From Dimorphilus gyrociliatus (Eukaryota > Animalia > Annelida), in NCBI GenBank assembly GCA_904063045.1, contig CAJFCJ010000011.1:124001-188000 (forward strand): a stretch of 64,000 nucleotides of DNA, read 5' to 3'. Shown here piece after piece: positions 23,414-37,854 of this stretch; position 1 is the stretch's first letter; every line of letters begins with the position of its first letter. A model generated the notes under the pieces. That model was given only the letters and a program-made list of their open reading frames with translations. It was not told where the DNA came from and did not search any database. The translations under genes were made by a program, and so were the position numbers.

Positions 23414-24596
23414 TCTTAGTGTTTTTTCTTATTAATGTGGTAGGCCTTGATTGCGGGTGGGGATGCGTGGAGTGACGTAAGTTTGCACAATAGTATAATA
23501 TGTCTACCTTATACTTAAAACAAATATGTATTTATATATATAAAACACCCTACTTCTTATTTGGCAAGAATAAAAGCAATTTGTAAATAGAGAATAAGGA
23601 AAAATTAGATAAAAAAAACTGTTATTGTTAGATTTATTGTCAAAGATAATTTCTATTACTCCTCTTTCTTCTATCTTTTTTCCGTTTAGGTTTGCTCAAC
23701 TATCTCTGTGTGAGTGTAATAAAATTACAAATTTCCGCAATTTTATATCAAGTTATCTTTGGAGCAATTTGATTAAATTGGAGGAAAATACTCTTATTTA
23801 TCATAATTTCTCATTTTTTTCTCCCCTTTAAATCACTAGCCTAAAAGTAGGAGAATATGAGAAATAAATTGAAAAAAAAGTCATCACATTTCGAAATATT
23901 TTTATATTTAAAATATTTGAATGGACATATAAACTTAATATCGTTTGAAAAGAACTGCAAAATTTCATATTAACCATCTAAAATTGAATTAAATGATCAA
24001 GATCAATAAAACTAAACAAAATAATCGAAGAAGGAAGAAGAAACATCCGTGGAACAATAGAAAGAAAAAATTGAAAGTTACCGATCATTTTGCCGAATAC
24101 GAAAAGCTTATGGTATATTACGATGCAGTCGAATTAATTGAAGGTGTAGCAGAACAGCAACAAAGAAACGAAATAACAATGCCAAAGATAGGATGGATTA
24201 TTTAAACCATTAAAGATTAAAATTAATTGCAATTTCATCATTTATTATTAGACGAGTATTCCTGTACAATTAATTCAATGACATTGTTCAATTAAATAAA
24301 CTGAAAAATTAGATAAAAATTTCAATGATATAAATAAATATTAAATAGATAAACAATTATTATTAATAAACGAAAATATTAGAAAAAACGAAACTAAACA
24401 AATAGTATAGTGGGAGAGGGGGAGGAGAGGAGACAGGGATGGATAAAGAATTATTTAATTATTATAAAAATATAAATATTCATTAGTAGGATACATTCGT
24501 ATCTGGAATGTAAGATTCGTATGTGTTATTCTAATGTTATCTTTTTTGAATCATATATATATATATATATATATAAATCACAATATGTTTTAAGTC

Positions 24597-27500
24597 TTAA
24601 TTAAATAAAATGTCTTCGGGATCCTGGTGATGACACTGAGCAATGTGTCGCAAAACGTCTTTCTTTGTAATAATACCCAATAATCTCCTAACAATAATGA
24701 AAAAAAAAACAAAACAACAGGTTAGATACATTATTTATACGTTCTTGTAATTTCCTTACCCGTTGTGTGTCACAAGTGTTTGTCTCAATCCTAATTTTCT
24801 AAACATCTCAAGAACAATTTCCATAGGTGTTTGATCGGCAATTGTTATTGGAGCCTAAGGATAAAATAAACAACGAAACTTCGTGAATTATGTTCATAAT
24901 CCCAGTCTAAATATATAATGTATTATACCATATCTAAAATCTTATTCAGTTTAAGAGGTGTCGGGCCTCCGGCTACAGTTGTGACCGGTACGTGACTAGT
25001 AAAGTAAACGATGGATTGACTAACTATTCCATCCTGATTATTTCGGGCATTTGCTGAAAATAAGGAATAAATTTAGTAAAGGATATTGTTAACACTTATA
25101 ATTCAATAATAATATAATAAAGTCTATTGATACATTTGGAACAAAAAAAAAGGGAAAATGGAACGAATGATATGTGAATCTTTGTCGCTTTTATTTTTAA
25201 ATAGAATATGTAAATATATACTTATAGCAATAGTTAGATCCTTTCTAAAAACAAATCCAACCAAATATTGAGATTCCTGCGAAACAACAACGGGAAAACC
25301 GTTATGATCCGTTTCCCTAAGTAAAGATTCTGTAAAGAAAAACAGAACATTCTTTATATCAAAAAATAATAAACAAAGAATCTACTAGATGGCTCTTTTA
25401 TTTAGAGTTTACTTACCCAATTCTTCTACCGACATGGAATCTTGCGTAACTGTTGCCAAAGGTGGGTCATTTCGCCTGTTACAAATGAAATGTACTTCAT
25501 ATATAAAAATGTATATATTTATTAATTCATTCATTTACATATGTTTTAAATAACTAATTAATTAGTTAAAAAAAAAACAAACTTAATTAAAATTATTTAA
25601 AATAGAAAAAGTTAACTAAGAAAATAAGACTGTTTATTCTCCTTCTCTTGGCCTCTTTCTCTAGACTTTTACAAGAAAAACTATTCTTTACAAGATTAAT
25701 TAAATTTACTATTTCAAAAAATTTCTGTAAATGCGCCATTTTAGCGAATAAATGACTTTAAAAAAAAAACCCCATTAGAATAGGGGTAAAAACACTTTCT
25801 TCTCTCCGGCCTTATTCTTTTTTCATATTAAATAAAATGTTAAAAGCCGAAAAAAGAAGAAAAAAAAAAGGTTTTCAATTTATTTTCTCTCTGCTAGAAT
25901 GCCAATTTTAAAGAAGAATGGAATATATTCTCACGGAATAAGTAATAAGGAGAGATATTTGGGAAAGAGGAAGTGAAAATAGGTATAAATTTATAGTTTT
26001 ATGGGAAAGAAATAACTAATAGCTTATATTATCTGATTTTTTTTTTACTCTTTTTTAATATTATTATTAATCCTACGATAACTTATATAGTATATTCGGT
26101 TTTTTTCGTGTCTAAATGGCCCAAGGCGATAAGACATATAAATAGCGGTGACAAAATATAAAGGAAGAAAACTAAGTGCTAATGAAAACATAGTTTAAAA
26201 TGTCATTTCTTGACTGAGTTAGGCGTATTCATTTCAAAAATAAAACACTTTTTGATAGAAAGATAAAAACAATATGCTACTAAAAGACAACAAGTTATCG
26301 CAGCATAAATTATATAATACTACTTACGTCCCGTATCTTGAATAATTTTAATTGGAATATTTTCATATTAATTATTATACATTTAAAAATGATAATTATT
26401 TATTACCTAGGTCTCATTACATCAGCTGCCAAAGTTGTATGAGTAAACTCTTCTTTACTATCCAAAAACGGATATCCATTTAATCGTATGTGACCTTCGT
26501 AGATGCCTTCATGACCAAATGCATCACCAACCCACTTGCTAGCCATTGCGGCGGCCATCAGTGGTACGATATATTGAAGGCCCCCAGTTAATTCAAACAT
26601 TATAACAACGAGAGATACCGTCATTCGGGTAACTCCACCAAGTGATGCTGCAGCTCCGACCATAGCGTATAGACCAGGGGTAACGCAGGTATGGCCAGCA
26701 GAGCACATTTCTTTAAATATCGAATATTCCTTATAATTAAATGCCAATTGTTCCATGCCAATGCCAATCATTCTGCCAGTAATGGCACCAATTGCCATGG
26801 AGGGTATAAACAAACCGGCTGGAACTTTGATACCGAAAGTAAAAATTGTAATAGCGCATTTAAAAATTAAGGCTAAGGCTAGTTGCCACATTGCCCTTTT
26901 AACTCCACTTCCTAAGGGTGCTGAACTTATTCCAGCCATCATATCTGTTACATTTCTATCATAATTGCATAAATCATCTTCGTCTTCGGGTCCGCATTGC
27001 CTTACCAATTCTTTGATAAGTTCTGAAGTGTTCATACGAGTGTAAGGGTTTGGAAAAGCCAAAACTGCCGTTAAGAGGGTAACCAGCAGGACCTCACTAA
27101 TAGGATATTTACCCAGGGTTGATTGCTTTCTATATCTACACCACATTATGTTCAATTTGTTAAAAAAGGCGCCCCAAAGACCTCCTAATATTCCCAATAT
27201 AATAAATGGTATTAATTCAATTAAATACCATGGATTATTATAATCAATATAGAACATAACGAGATGATCATTGCCAAAGGGATTAAATGATCTTAAAACA
27301 AATGCAGCGGCCAAGGCGCAAAAGAAGGAACGCCAAAGGGTCTTGAGAGGAAAATAATAACTAACTTCCTCTAAATAAAGTGAAAGAAGTTTATAGGTAA
27401 AGAAATCTGAAAGACAGTGTGAAAAATCTTACCCAAAGAAAATAAAACGCCTCCGATAGGGGCTCCAAAGGCAACGCTTACACCAGCAGCCGAAGCGGCT

Positions 27501-30326
27501 GAAAGAATCTCTCTTTTCTTTGCTTCGTTCCTACCGTACTTCGGAAAGAGATATGAAAAAATATTACCGCAGCAAGATGCTACATGGACCAAGGGACCTT
27601 CTTTACCAAGACTTAGGCCAGCACTAACCGCCAGCATCATACCAACAGATTTGATAATTAATGTCCATTTGCCCAAATAACCCCGTATAATGAAGCCTGA
27701 TAAGATAGTTTTAATCTCAGGTATACCAGAGCCGCAAGCGTATGGTGCGAACACTCTAACGAGCATTACAGCAAGTGTTGAGAAGAGCATTGCCCAAAAT
27801 ATATAAATGATGTATTTGAGTATATAATCTCCCGCACCTTTTCCAGAGGAACCAAATAACTCTGGCCAAGTTTGCCATTTTGTACACCCTTTTTCGTTGA
27901 AAGTCGAATTAACGTCGGCCACCCAACAACATTGTTCTCTGTTCAACCAAAACGCTTCGGAACAAATACCCTCCTTCAAGTCTGACATCCAAGAAGCTCC
28001 GATGTCGATAACGGCGGCAAAAACACCTGCCGCACATCCAACAAGTAAAACACACACCCATCCAGACCAAGCATCATGTGCTGACTTTATAGATTCTAGC
28101 CAACTGTCCTGTCTTTTCTTTAATATTTGACGATGCCTATATCGATCTCGGGCAATGTCTCGAAGCCAATCAATAGTATGAAAGTCTTCATATTGCCCTA
28201 TTCCAGGAGGAAGGTCATCGAATGTGTCCACAAGGTTAGCAGAGCCTATTTGTAATAAAATATATAGATATTATTAATGTAAATATTCAACAGATAAAGG
28301 ATTGAATTGGAAAAATAGATTTATCCAATTTTTAATGATTTACCGGATCCGTATAATGACTGATTAGTTCTTCCTAAAAGAGGATCAATAGATGTTTTAC
28401 GGAGCATTTTCCCTATACGAAAACTGTTAAAAAACCGATAAAATATCAATTTTTAATCGATTTTGCTTCCTTTCAGCTGCTCCACGAGTGAAGCTGACAA
28501 ATATTATTTATATTTACATCATCAACATATAATGATGTACAAATTCTAAGTGATCTTTTCTAACTTTCTACACAAAATTATTAGACAGATATATAGAACG
28601 ACTAACTGAACGAATATTGATCCTTGAAGAAGCGACTGAATTTCGCAAAGGAATGCATTGTAAAGATGTACGGTCGACGCAATCTGTACGACATAGCCGA
28701 AAAAGTAGGTGTTGGTAGTCGAATTGATGATGAAGAATCAAGTAAAAAGAAATAAAATATATCATTTCATCATTCAGATTACACCCTTTATTTATTTTTA
28801 CATATCAGCGTTAGTCCTTTGGTCGAAGCGTTGTCAGTACGAAAGAAAAAAGCTAAAAAAAAAAAAGCCATTGCGGGTTACGAACGAGGGCGAATTTCCC
28901 TGCATTATGCAGCGACATATTGATTGCACTGCACCAAGAGGGACTAACTTACATGGCGCGATCAGCTTATCCGGGGACGAAAGACACAAAAGTATTTGGT
29001 AAAAATGTTCTGTACAAACTCTTTTATTGCATGATTTCTTTCCCTTACCTGAGTCATTACTTAACTTCGTTTTACTACGGCTTCTATTGTGACAGTACAG
29101 CGAATCCTCTTGAAGTATACAAACATCATCGTCCGAGACATTCGTCATTAGGATATTTAGTAAATAGAGCAAGAACAAAATTTTCTTATAGTCAAACAAG
29201 AGCAGTTACAAATTCCTCCTCCTTGTTATTTCAACAATAAGAAAAGATAAACAATTACACCTTAAAAAATAAATCAAAAACAGCTTTTTAAAAATAGCTA
29301 AAGAGAGAGTTTCAGATAGATATATACAGATATATATATATATATATACAGCAGACAGAAGAACTAAAGCACAAAAAAGTTGCAAGCTGATTTGCTCTAG
29401 TTTAACGCCAACGCCTACCGAGATGATCGTTTTTCGCACATTGGTGATAACGAATCAAGTATTAATCAATTATTACAAGTAAGATACCTTACAAATCAAA
29501 ATATAATATATATCTATATATATATATATATATATTTCTTGGTACAGCAATAGCAACTCTGATAGTGAGCATTGTTTTAACTTGAGACTAAGAAAACTAT
29601 ACCAATCCTACTCTCTAGTTGATATTTCACTAGATTTGAATATACTTGTATTAGTGTTTATATTTAATAAAGAGATTACGGACATTAAAAATAAAAACCA
29701 CATCTTTTTGTATGTTTTTTTTTACTATAAGTACCAAATATATACTGCTAATCTTTATTATACGAATCGAGTAGATTATTTATAAAATGGTAAGTAGAAT
29801 ATAAATGAACGAAAGAAACAAGTAATAATAATCTATAATAATTTGTTTTTACCTTGACTTTTCCTATCATTAAAAGTCGAAGCAAATCTAGATGTTTCAG
29901 CCAAAGATAAATCTAGCATTTCGTCGTCTGTATCTGATAGTAGATTTCCTGTACCATTGGATCTACTAACGTTACTGCAAAAGGATGGTTATTTTCATTA
30001 TGTATAGTAAGTAATAAGATAATATACAGTATATTAAAGAAAAAGGTAGAAATAATGTTATGACAAAATTTAGGTCTTGCTTGACACTACCAGACTATTT
30101 AGTGACAATAGCAATCATCAGCTCGTAAGTGATGAAGAATTTGTTAACGTCTTCACCAATAAGACATAATATGCAATTGATGACTAATTGTAAAGTTTAT
30201 GATCCATGGAAATTTTCAAGGTTTTTATTTAGAGCATTAGAAATGTGACACTGAAAAATAGAAATACCTATAAGACGGATTAGAAGTTGCCATTATTGGT
30301 TTTCCAATCAAATGGTCTGATTCCAT
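24597..30326 (-). CDS. CLCN3: CLC-3/4/5-type endosomal 2Cl-/H+ exchanger
   Basis: Exons 30326-30268 (MESDHL..), 29974-29853, 28373-28344, 28245-27433, 27370-26407, plus five CBS-domain exons ending ..QDPEDILFN*. Motifs [27 protein letters not shown] (proton glutamate) and GLFIP. The CLCN3/4/5 paralog assignment is not resolvable; an invertebrate would have a co-ortholog. Confidence 0.95.
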
Positions 30327-30861
30327 TCATTTATAAATTCTACTTTTGTTAAAACTGCTTTGTTTTAACGAATTCGAATTAAATTCTGTAGAAAATAAAC
30401 AATCAGTACTAAAGAGAGAGAAACAAAGAGATATATGTTTCAGAACGAGGAAAAATTATGTATTAATTTTTAAATAATCCTTACTTCTAATTTAACATTT
30501 CAACTTAAATATAACATTTATAAGTTGTTGTAGAAAATAAAAAAATATGATTTTTTCATGTACATTGGGTTATGTCCGCAGAAATTAATTACAAAGAGCC
30601 TATTGGACAACACTTTAGTTTTTACCAGTTTCTACTATAATTTTACGCGCTTTAAGAAATGAACATAAAATTTGCAAAAATTTTCCGGACTATTTGTCAA
30701 GATAAATAAGTATGACAATAATTAGAAAGTGAACATAGATGATGTCAACTACCGAGTTAATTAGTTGGACGAGTTGAACATTTGTAAATAAGATGCAATC
30801 CTTATTATAATGGTTTTTTTCAGGGCGATATTGTAAAATTTTTGTATAATTAGCCCTAAGT

Positions 30862-32602
30862 ATGGCCAATAGAACTGCAACAGGAGATTGCAAAAACAAT
30901 GATAATATTCCCTTATTATATGTAATAACGTGTAATACTATTTTTGCTATTGCCGTCGGCTCAGTTTTGACGTTGTTCATCATGAGAAGAATATCTAGAA
31001 AAATTCAACTAAGACACGAAAGAGAAAGAATATGCTCTCTTATGCATCGTCTTTATTGGCTGCACGAAGAAGATATTTCTACTTCTTTATTTGTTTTGAA
31101 TAAGATGAGAGAAAGCTACTTATTTGACAGAGTTTCGGAATTATTGGTTTTTTCGCACAAATATAGAACTCATGGAATGGAAATTGTTGCCGTAGAATCT
31201 GATCTATCTTGTCTACCTCCTAAACGAAATTTTAATAAGTTATTATTAACCGTACGAAAAGTTGAACGACTTTTTGAGGCATTGACGATGGAATTACCGT
31301 GCGGAAATAATGGGGTAGATGGCTCAATATCATCAGCCGTAGGAGGTACAATTCTAATGTTAGCATTAGCGACAAGTACCCTTTGGTGCGATTCGAGAGC
31401 TAAAATGATAAGGTCTGTATAACCTCTTTACTGCTTACATCAATATTCCATAAATTAGTTAATAACAGTAGTAAATCCACTATAAAAAGATAATCAGTAA
31501 TTCATTTATTAATGTAGGGTAAAAAAGAAAAGATATTGATTTCGTTTTATTACATATTTACAGGAGATTAATACATTATTTATGTGGTAGAGGTGCTGCA
31601 ATTAGATATGAAAGAGAAACAATAGGAGACAAAAATTTAGCGGCTTGTGTTGAAACGCTTCAGTACGTTGATTATCTTACTTTAGTTGACGATCATTTTG
31701 TTTTGGGTGACGCCCATATAAGTCCAATATTAAAGGGTGACTTAAGGAATAAGATACGGTATGTTGATACCGTTTTGGCAAGCTGGACTGAACGACGGAA
31801 AGGAATGGCTAATAAGGAAATGCTGGAAGCCTACTATTCTGCTAGAGATGTTTGTATAGTCACTTAGTAGCGGAGGTAGTCTAATATCATATATTTCCAC
31901 TTAACAGATATGTATTAGGGAGAATATTATAACGTCTAAGGCGAATTTTCCCGATATTGTTGAAAAGGTGTCCGATAATTCAAAAACACCTGAATGTATT
32001 AAAGGGTTACGTCATCTCTTAAGAAAAATGACAACACCGCCTAATATTACAAAATTGGAAAATGACGAAAAATTTTTTCAGCTAATAATGCATACTCATG
32101 ACGCTTTGTATACTTGGCATGATAATCGTTCCATGTTAGATATAATCGAAAGAGTTCGCTCCAATATATACGCTTGTCTGAAGGGCTTAAGGTATTTTAA
32201 TATTGAATATATCAATGAAATATGAATATATAATTGAAATATTCCATTTATATTTTCTTCTTTAGCATCGACGCCCTTCTAATCGATAAGGAGCTTAGTA
32301 AAGCAAAATTGGAGCAATTAGAGAGGGAACTATACAAGCATCTTAATTATTTAACTTTAAAACAAGTTCAAAGGGAACGCCGACACTATCCGGCCGATTC
32401 GACAACTCTTCCAACTGCTGAAAGCGAATCTTCCATTTATACGATAGCTCCGTCTGGTCCTCTTAATTCAACAAAGCCTTGTAATAAATACGTTGATGAA
32501 TCGAGTATTATCAGCAGTGGTTCATTATATGCAACAGCCCAGAGTATAACCTCTAGCGACCTACGTGTTCAATCCAGCTGTGACGATGAGACTGCCGTAT
32601 AG
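30862..32602 (+). CDS. Hypothetical protein with an N-terminal transmembrane helix and helical cytosolic region
   Basis: Phase-consistent exons about 30862-31411, 31564-31849, 31908-32191 and 32267-32602. Hydrophobic stretch LLYVITCNTIFAIAVGSVLTLFIM followed by RRISRK. No family recognised. Confidence 0.65.
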
Positions 32603-33414
32603 TCGTTATCTTCTTTGATCCCCTTAGTTAAACTTTGACCCATGTCTCAAAAGTCTTAAACTCATTTCCCCGTAGAAAATTTCCCCATAGTTTATTCCTT
32701 TTCAAGAATATTTGCTTCTTATCAGTATTAAGGAATAATAGGTTATTTGTGCTTAGTAATAAAACGCCCTTTTTACTTTTTCGGTTTTTGTTCAGTAGGT
32801 GGCACACTAGTCTGATAATTGAAGATAGCAAGGGTATTAGAAGCAACTACCCCATCTGTTGAACAAACTAAAATTCCTTTTTCGAAAATAAATAAAAGAG
32901 CATATATATTGTACTCTTTTAGACAATGTCAATGTTACAAAATGATGAAAAAAGGAAAAGATACACTAATAATTTAGTAAAAGCTCAATCTGCATTGATA
33001 ATTTTACTTCCCTCTAGCGCATCTTTTCATCTTTCAGCTGAAAGGGTTATCAATACGCCAATATTTCATTTTATGAATATTTCTCGGGATCTCTCTAGAT
33101 TACGTCAAACGAACATATCAATGGAAAATTATTTTCTTAAAGTTTCTCATCCTTCAAGAGGTTTTACTTTAAAACAAAAACTATATATAGAATATATTAA
33201 TTATTAAAAACATAGAAAAGTTTCTTTATAAATAGATTACTGATCAAAAAACTTAACACGATAATCTCTTTTTATGAGAAAATATAAAGAAGAAGGAAAA
33301 GAACAAATATCCTACCAAGTATAACATTTTCCCTAATGTAAAAAGCGCACGAAAGAAAAGGAGAAACAAGTTAAATATATATAAAAAATAATAATTTACT
33401 ACTATTCATCATTC

Positions 33415-35326
33415 TCAGTAGTCTCGCTTTGAAAATAGGCGATAAATACCATCTATGGTAACTGTACCACTGCCGCGAGTCTCAATCCGGAAGGGACCAC
33501 CAGCTAGTTTGATGAGTAAAGCCTTTTGTAGTAAGATATCGCCTATAGGCGTTGGTATATATCCATTTCCTATTAATTTTTTGACAACAAGGTGAAGTGG
33601 CGATTTTACAAAATATCTTATACAAGTCACGCATAATGATGACAAATTTTCCATTCTATTCGTTTTTCCCAAAAGAATGTCTAGATGCTGAAATATTTGA
33701 AATGATATTTTTGAATGGAAGAAAGTAAATGATGAAGAATTATTTTTACCTTGTATTGTTTACAATATAAATAGGGTTTAATAAAAGATGGCTGAATAGA
33801 AGTTTGAATGAGTTTAATGAGCCTGCTATTATTTGAATACAATTTAATGAATCTATCTAAAGTGAACGGGTTAAATTGGAATCCGTAGCCAAAGGCAATT
33901 GCCAAGCATTTACAGGTAAATGAAACGATAGACTCATCTATTGGACTTTGGAAGATAAACGTCTCATCAGAATTAGCAAACAGTTCTAGGCAAAAGTTCA
34001 TATCGGCTTGATTAAAAACATCCAAATCGGTGACAACTCCGTAAGTTAAAGCAATGGCTAAGCATTTTGCCGAATCGTCTAAGACATTTGGACAATTTTG
34101 GTAGATATTCCATCTTTTTAACTTTTTGCAGCTTTGTTCAATTAAAACCTTTGTAAACTGTTCATTCAAGCCAACTTCAACTGCAATCTTCAAGGCAACA
34201 ACAGGTATGATTTGAGGATAATCTAATTCCACAAATTGAATATTTAAAAAAGGAAAAGAGAATTTTTTCGACATAATACTAATGCAAAAAGAGGCAAACT
34301 CGTCAGATAATTCATTTAAAAATCCATCCCTTGAGCATATTTTTACTATATCCAAGTAATTTATACAAGATTCTACTTGCTCCCTTGAATGCTGATTTAT
34401 TAGGTAAGCTAACAAGTCTATATCTAACATACTTATCGCATTATCTACAGCCCAAGCTAAATTATAAGTAAGATTTAAAGCATTTTCTAGTATATGTAAT
34501 CTATTCCATGGAAATTTTGATGACATTATTGGAGACATATTCCTATCAAGGGGTTTATCATATTCCCAAACATTAAACATTTCAATCAGAAAATCGTGTA
34601 TTGGATGAGGGAATTTATGAACTCTTGATAGTAATTGAACTGCATTTGTCGGTTCGGGATAGAAGAACTCTATTAGTTTAGACTCTTTCAATTTCTGTAC
34701 AATTTGTATTTCTCCTTTCTTGAAGCATTTTTGAACAAAATTTCTTATTAAATGAACAAGTTGATTATCCTTACTTAGTTCGTGTATTCTCTTCACTAAT
34801 AGTTTTATAGCTTTCTCCTTTTCCGTCCAATTACTTTCTAGTAAACAAGCAAGAAGAACTTCCAAGTCGGAAGGTTTTAATTTAGAAAGGAAAGACTTGG
34901 AAATAAACTCTTCGAATTGATAATATTTCCATGTAAATACAGTTTTAAATAAATCTTTTATAGGGAAAAATTTATTTTCTAATAACTTTTTAAATGAAGA
35001 TGAACCTCTCTCATTGAACAGACAATAGTCTTCATCTTCCTCGGAGGATGAATCATACTGTAGGTTCGTTCGAAGTCTTTTTTCTTCTATTTCAAGAATT
35101 TCAAATTCCTCTCTTATCCTTCCATTCTCAATAAATTCGTGAGTGTAGAGACCTTAGTTAGATTTAATATATTTAAATATTACTGTCTTTGACTTTCATA
35201 CTAACCTTCCATATAACATGCAAAATCTCCTGTATTATCATCTATGTAATCGTGGTTTTCATGATATTTGAAGTCCCAATAATCTTCATTTTCAGAATCT
35301 GATAAGTATTTTTCACGAAATATCAT
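33415..35326 (-). CDS. Degenerate ankyrin/helical-repeat protein with a C-terminal SOCS-box-like motif
   Basis: A long ORF (33681-34865) splices in phase 0 to 33415-33687, giving ENLSSLCVTCIRYFV...YIPTPIGDILL (BC-box-like and LPxP-like). Internal repeat KCLAIA(L/F)xYG. Acidic upstream exons; the 5' end is uncertain (candidate ATG at 35326). Confidence 0.6.
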
Positions 35327-36042
35327 TTCGAACAGTTTTTATTGATATTTCAGCAATAAGAGAATTGTGTCAGAAACATTTATGCTTACTTTAGGCCCAA
35401 TGGAAACTTTTTTTGTAAAAATTGTCTTTTTATAAGTTGAGTACTTTTACTTTTCTCTTGGTCTATTATCGATCAATAGTCAAAAAAAAATAAAATATCC
35501 AAACGTTTTTTTTTCAAATTTCGCCATATGACCGATATAATGTTCAAATTTAGTTCACATTTTTTGTTGATTTACTTGTCTTTTACAGAATTCAGACTAG
35601 ACAGTGAATGCTATTAAAGTATAGAAGTCAATGCCCCAAGGCCAATCACCGCTTACGTTACAATCTATTGTTTTTTTCTTTTTTTTGAAGTTGCAAACGT
35701 TACAAGTTTTTATTGTCAAAAGTTTTAACTTTAACAAGTTTTCTAAATGAAAATAGAAAGTTTTAAACTATTCTATTTCTACACAGCTTTAAAATTTAAC
35801 ATTTTCCTTTGACGGCGAGATAAAGGGGAAAGAAGTGTTACCTTTCAATGTCAAGGTCGAGTTCAAATTAAAAGTTAGTACTTAACGGGTGACATATTGG
35901 GAAAATTAGTGTTACAGAGAAGGCCAGTCGTGGAACTTAGTACTTAAATTAAGCGGTAAACCTCTTGCAAGCTTTTGCTCCCGGTTGCTTTCTTTTGCGG
36001 CGAAGTTATTTTACCAACAGAAAATAGTAGGTACATATATAT

Positions 36043-36076
<34 letters not shown>

Positions 36077-36350
36077 ATTGAAAGAAGTTTAGTTAATGTA
36101 GCGTTGAGTCTTTTCCCTTGAGTAACAACTTTTATATAAAACAGCCATTTTAGTTTTGACTGCGAGACATAGTCTATTTCATTATTATTTTTTCTTTAAT
36201 AAAACTTTTCTAACCAATTTTTAACGAAAAAATTCATTAAGATAAATTAAATATAAAATATGCTCCCTTTTTTGATAATATGACGTTACATTGTTAAATT
36301 ATATAAAAAAAATTAAAGATTTTTTACAATTTTGTAAGATTGAGAGAAAA

Positions 36351-37105
36351 ATGGTGCGAAGAGGTAAGCCGAAAAGGAAAGTCCAATATGTTTTCACCAA
36401 TCGTATACCGGAATTAAGTAGGGTAGGATGTAAACATAATGTAGGCGACCATTTCGAAAAACCACGCGGTGATGAAAGTATAGAAGAAATCGCTGATATG
36501 TGGATAAGAAACGTAGTTAGGTACCATGTTTACGTTATAGAAATTATCGGGATCTTGCCTAAGTGTAAATTAATTTCAGCAATAAAGAGGCTTTAAATAA
36601 ACTACCTCCCAACAGCTTCCTAAGAGAAGACGACCTGATTCAATCTAACTACAATCAGCTCTCTCCAAGAAGTTTAACTTGGAGACGTTTTCGTGTATAC
36701 GCCTTAAAATCGTTTAGACGGAAAACTAATAAACAAACAATGGAGAATTCTTTAGTTTCTAGGGAGACTGGGGAACAAAATCATTTCACTGAAGAGAGAA
36801 TTACATCATGTATCCATGAATTGAGACTCAGTTCAATAACAAAGGAAGCCTGTAGTCAATCTTGTATTTTGTGTGTTGAACGATTTTGTTGGGCAATGTT
36901 GGCTGATGTTTTAAAAGGATTAATTTCTCTTGTTCCAAAGGTATTAAGTCCTAAAACAGAGTTAAATGATCAGAAGACTATAGAAGAATTATTGGCTGAA
37001 ATGGGAGTAGTTCACGATATTGAAATATCTACTTCAGACCTAAAGGACGTTGTTGAAGAAGTTTTAGACAAAGAAGAACAAGATAAAAATTGTTCTCTAC
37101 TCTGA
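36351..37105 (+). CDS. Hypothetical protein (about 230 aa), two exons
   Basis: ATG 36351; 59-nt phase-2 intron 36521-36579 joins the two ORFs into one open frame ending ..DKNCSLL*. Confidence 0.6.
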
Positions 37106-37854
37106 GTTATCCGAATTTGAATGACTAAATTCTTCTATATATTAGACAAAAAATGTAAAAATATTCCTTAAGTTTTGTTTTCATTATGTTAAGTGTTAAA
37201 GGCTGTTCAAGCGCAAACAATTCATTTTTTTAAATACTTAAATATTAGCGGGGCTATGTAGATTGATCGATAAAACACTGTTCTGTACATTTCCTCCTTA
37301 GGTCAATAAAACTTTTTAATTGAAAAATTGCCAAATTTGGTTCATTTGAGTGATAACATAAGTTTATCTTATTGATTAACGACAGATCTAACTAGTCTCA
37401 AACCAATGATAATCGACCTTTTTATCAAGTTTCTTTGATAAGGTAAAGCATTAAAAGTGAACAGTTCATCTGCCGAAAGGAGTATAGAAAGACCTTTATA
37501 GATTAGGGATATTTAAATGAAAAAATATGGATATATCCAAATTGCTTCAAGGTTGGTAAATTATAGAAAATATCTATAACTCTAATTATGCCTATATAAG
37601 ACATCTTGTAAGTGTATCAATATACTTTGTACATTTTATTAAAAGGTTGTACCTTTTTAAGGAGTTTGTGATAACTAATGTTATGTAATAATAGGCCTTA
37701 AGTAGACTATTATCTTTTCAATCAATAACGAATTTAGCATTGTAAAATTTAACATTTAAACATTTATTGTACGATAAATTCACGCATTTAACGAAGAATA
37801 TTTTAATATTAAAATCATCATTTTTTGCAGTTTAAAATCATTTTTCTTTTAAAA

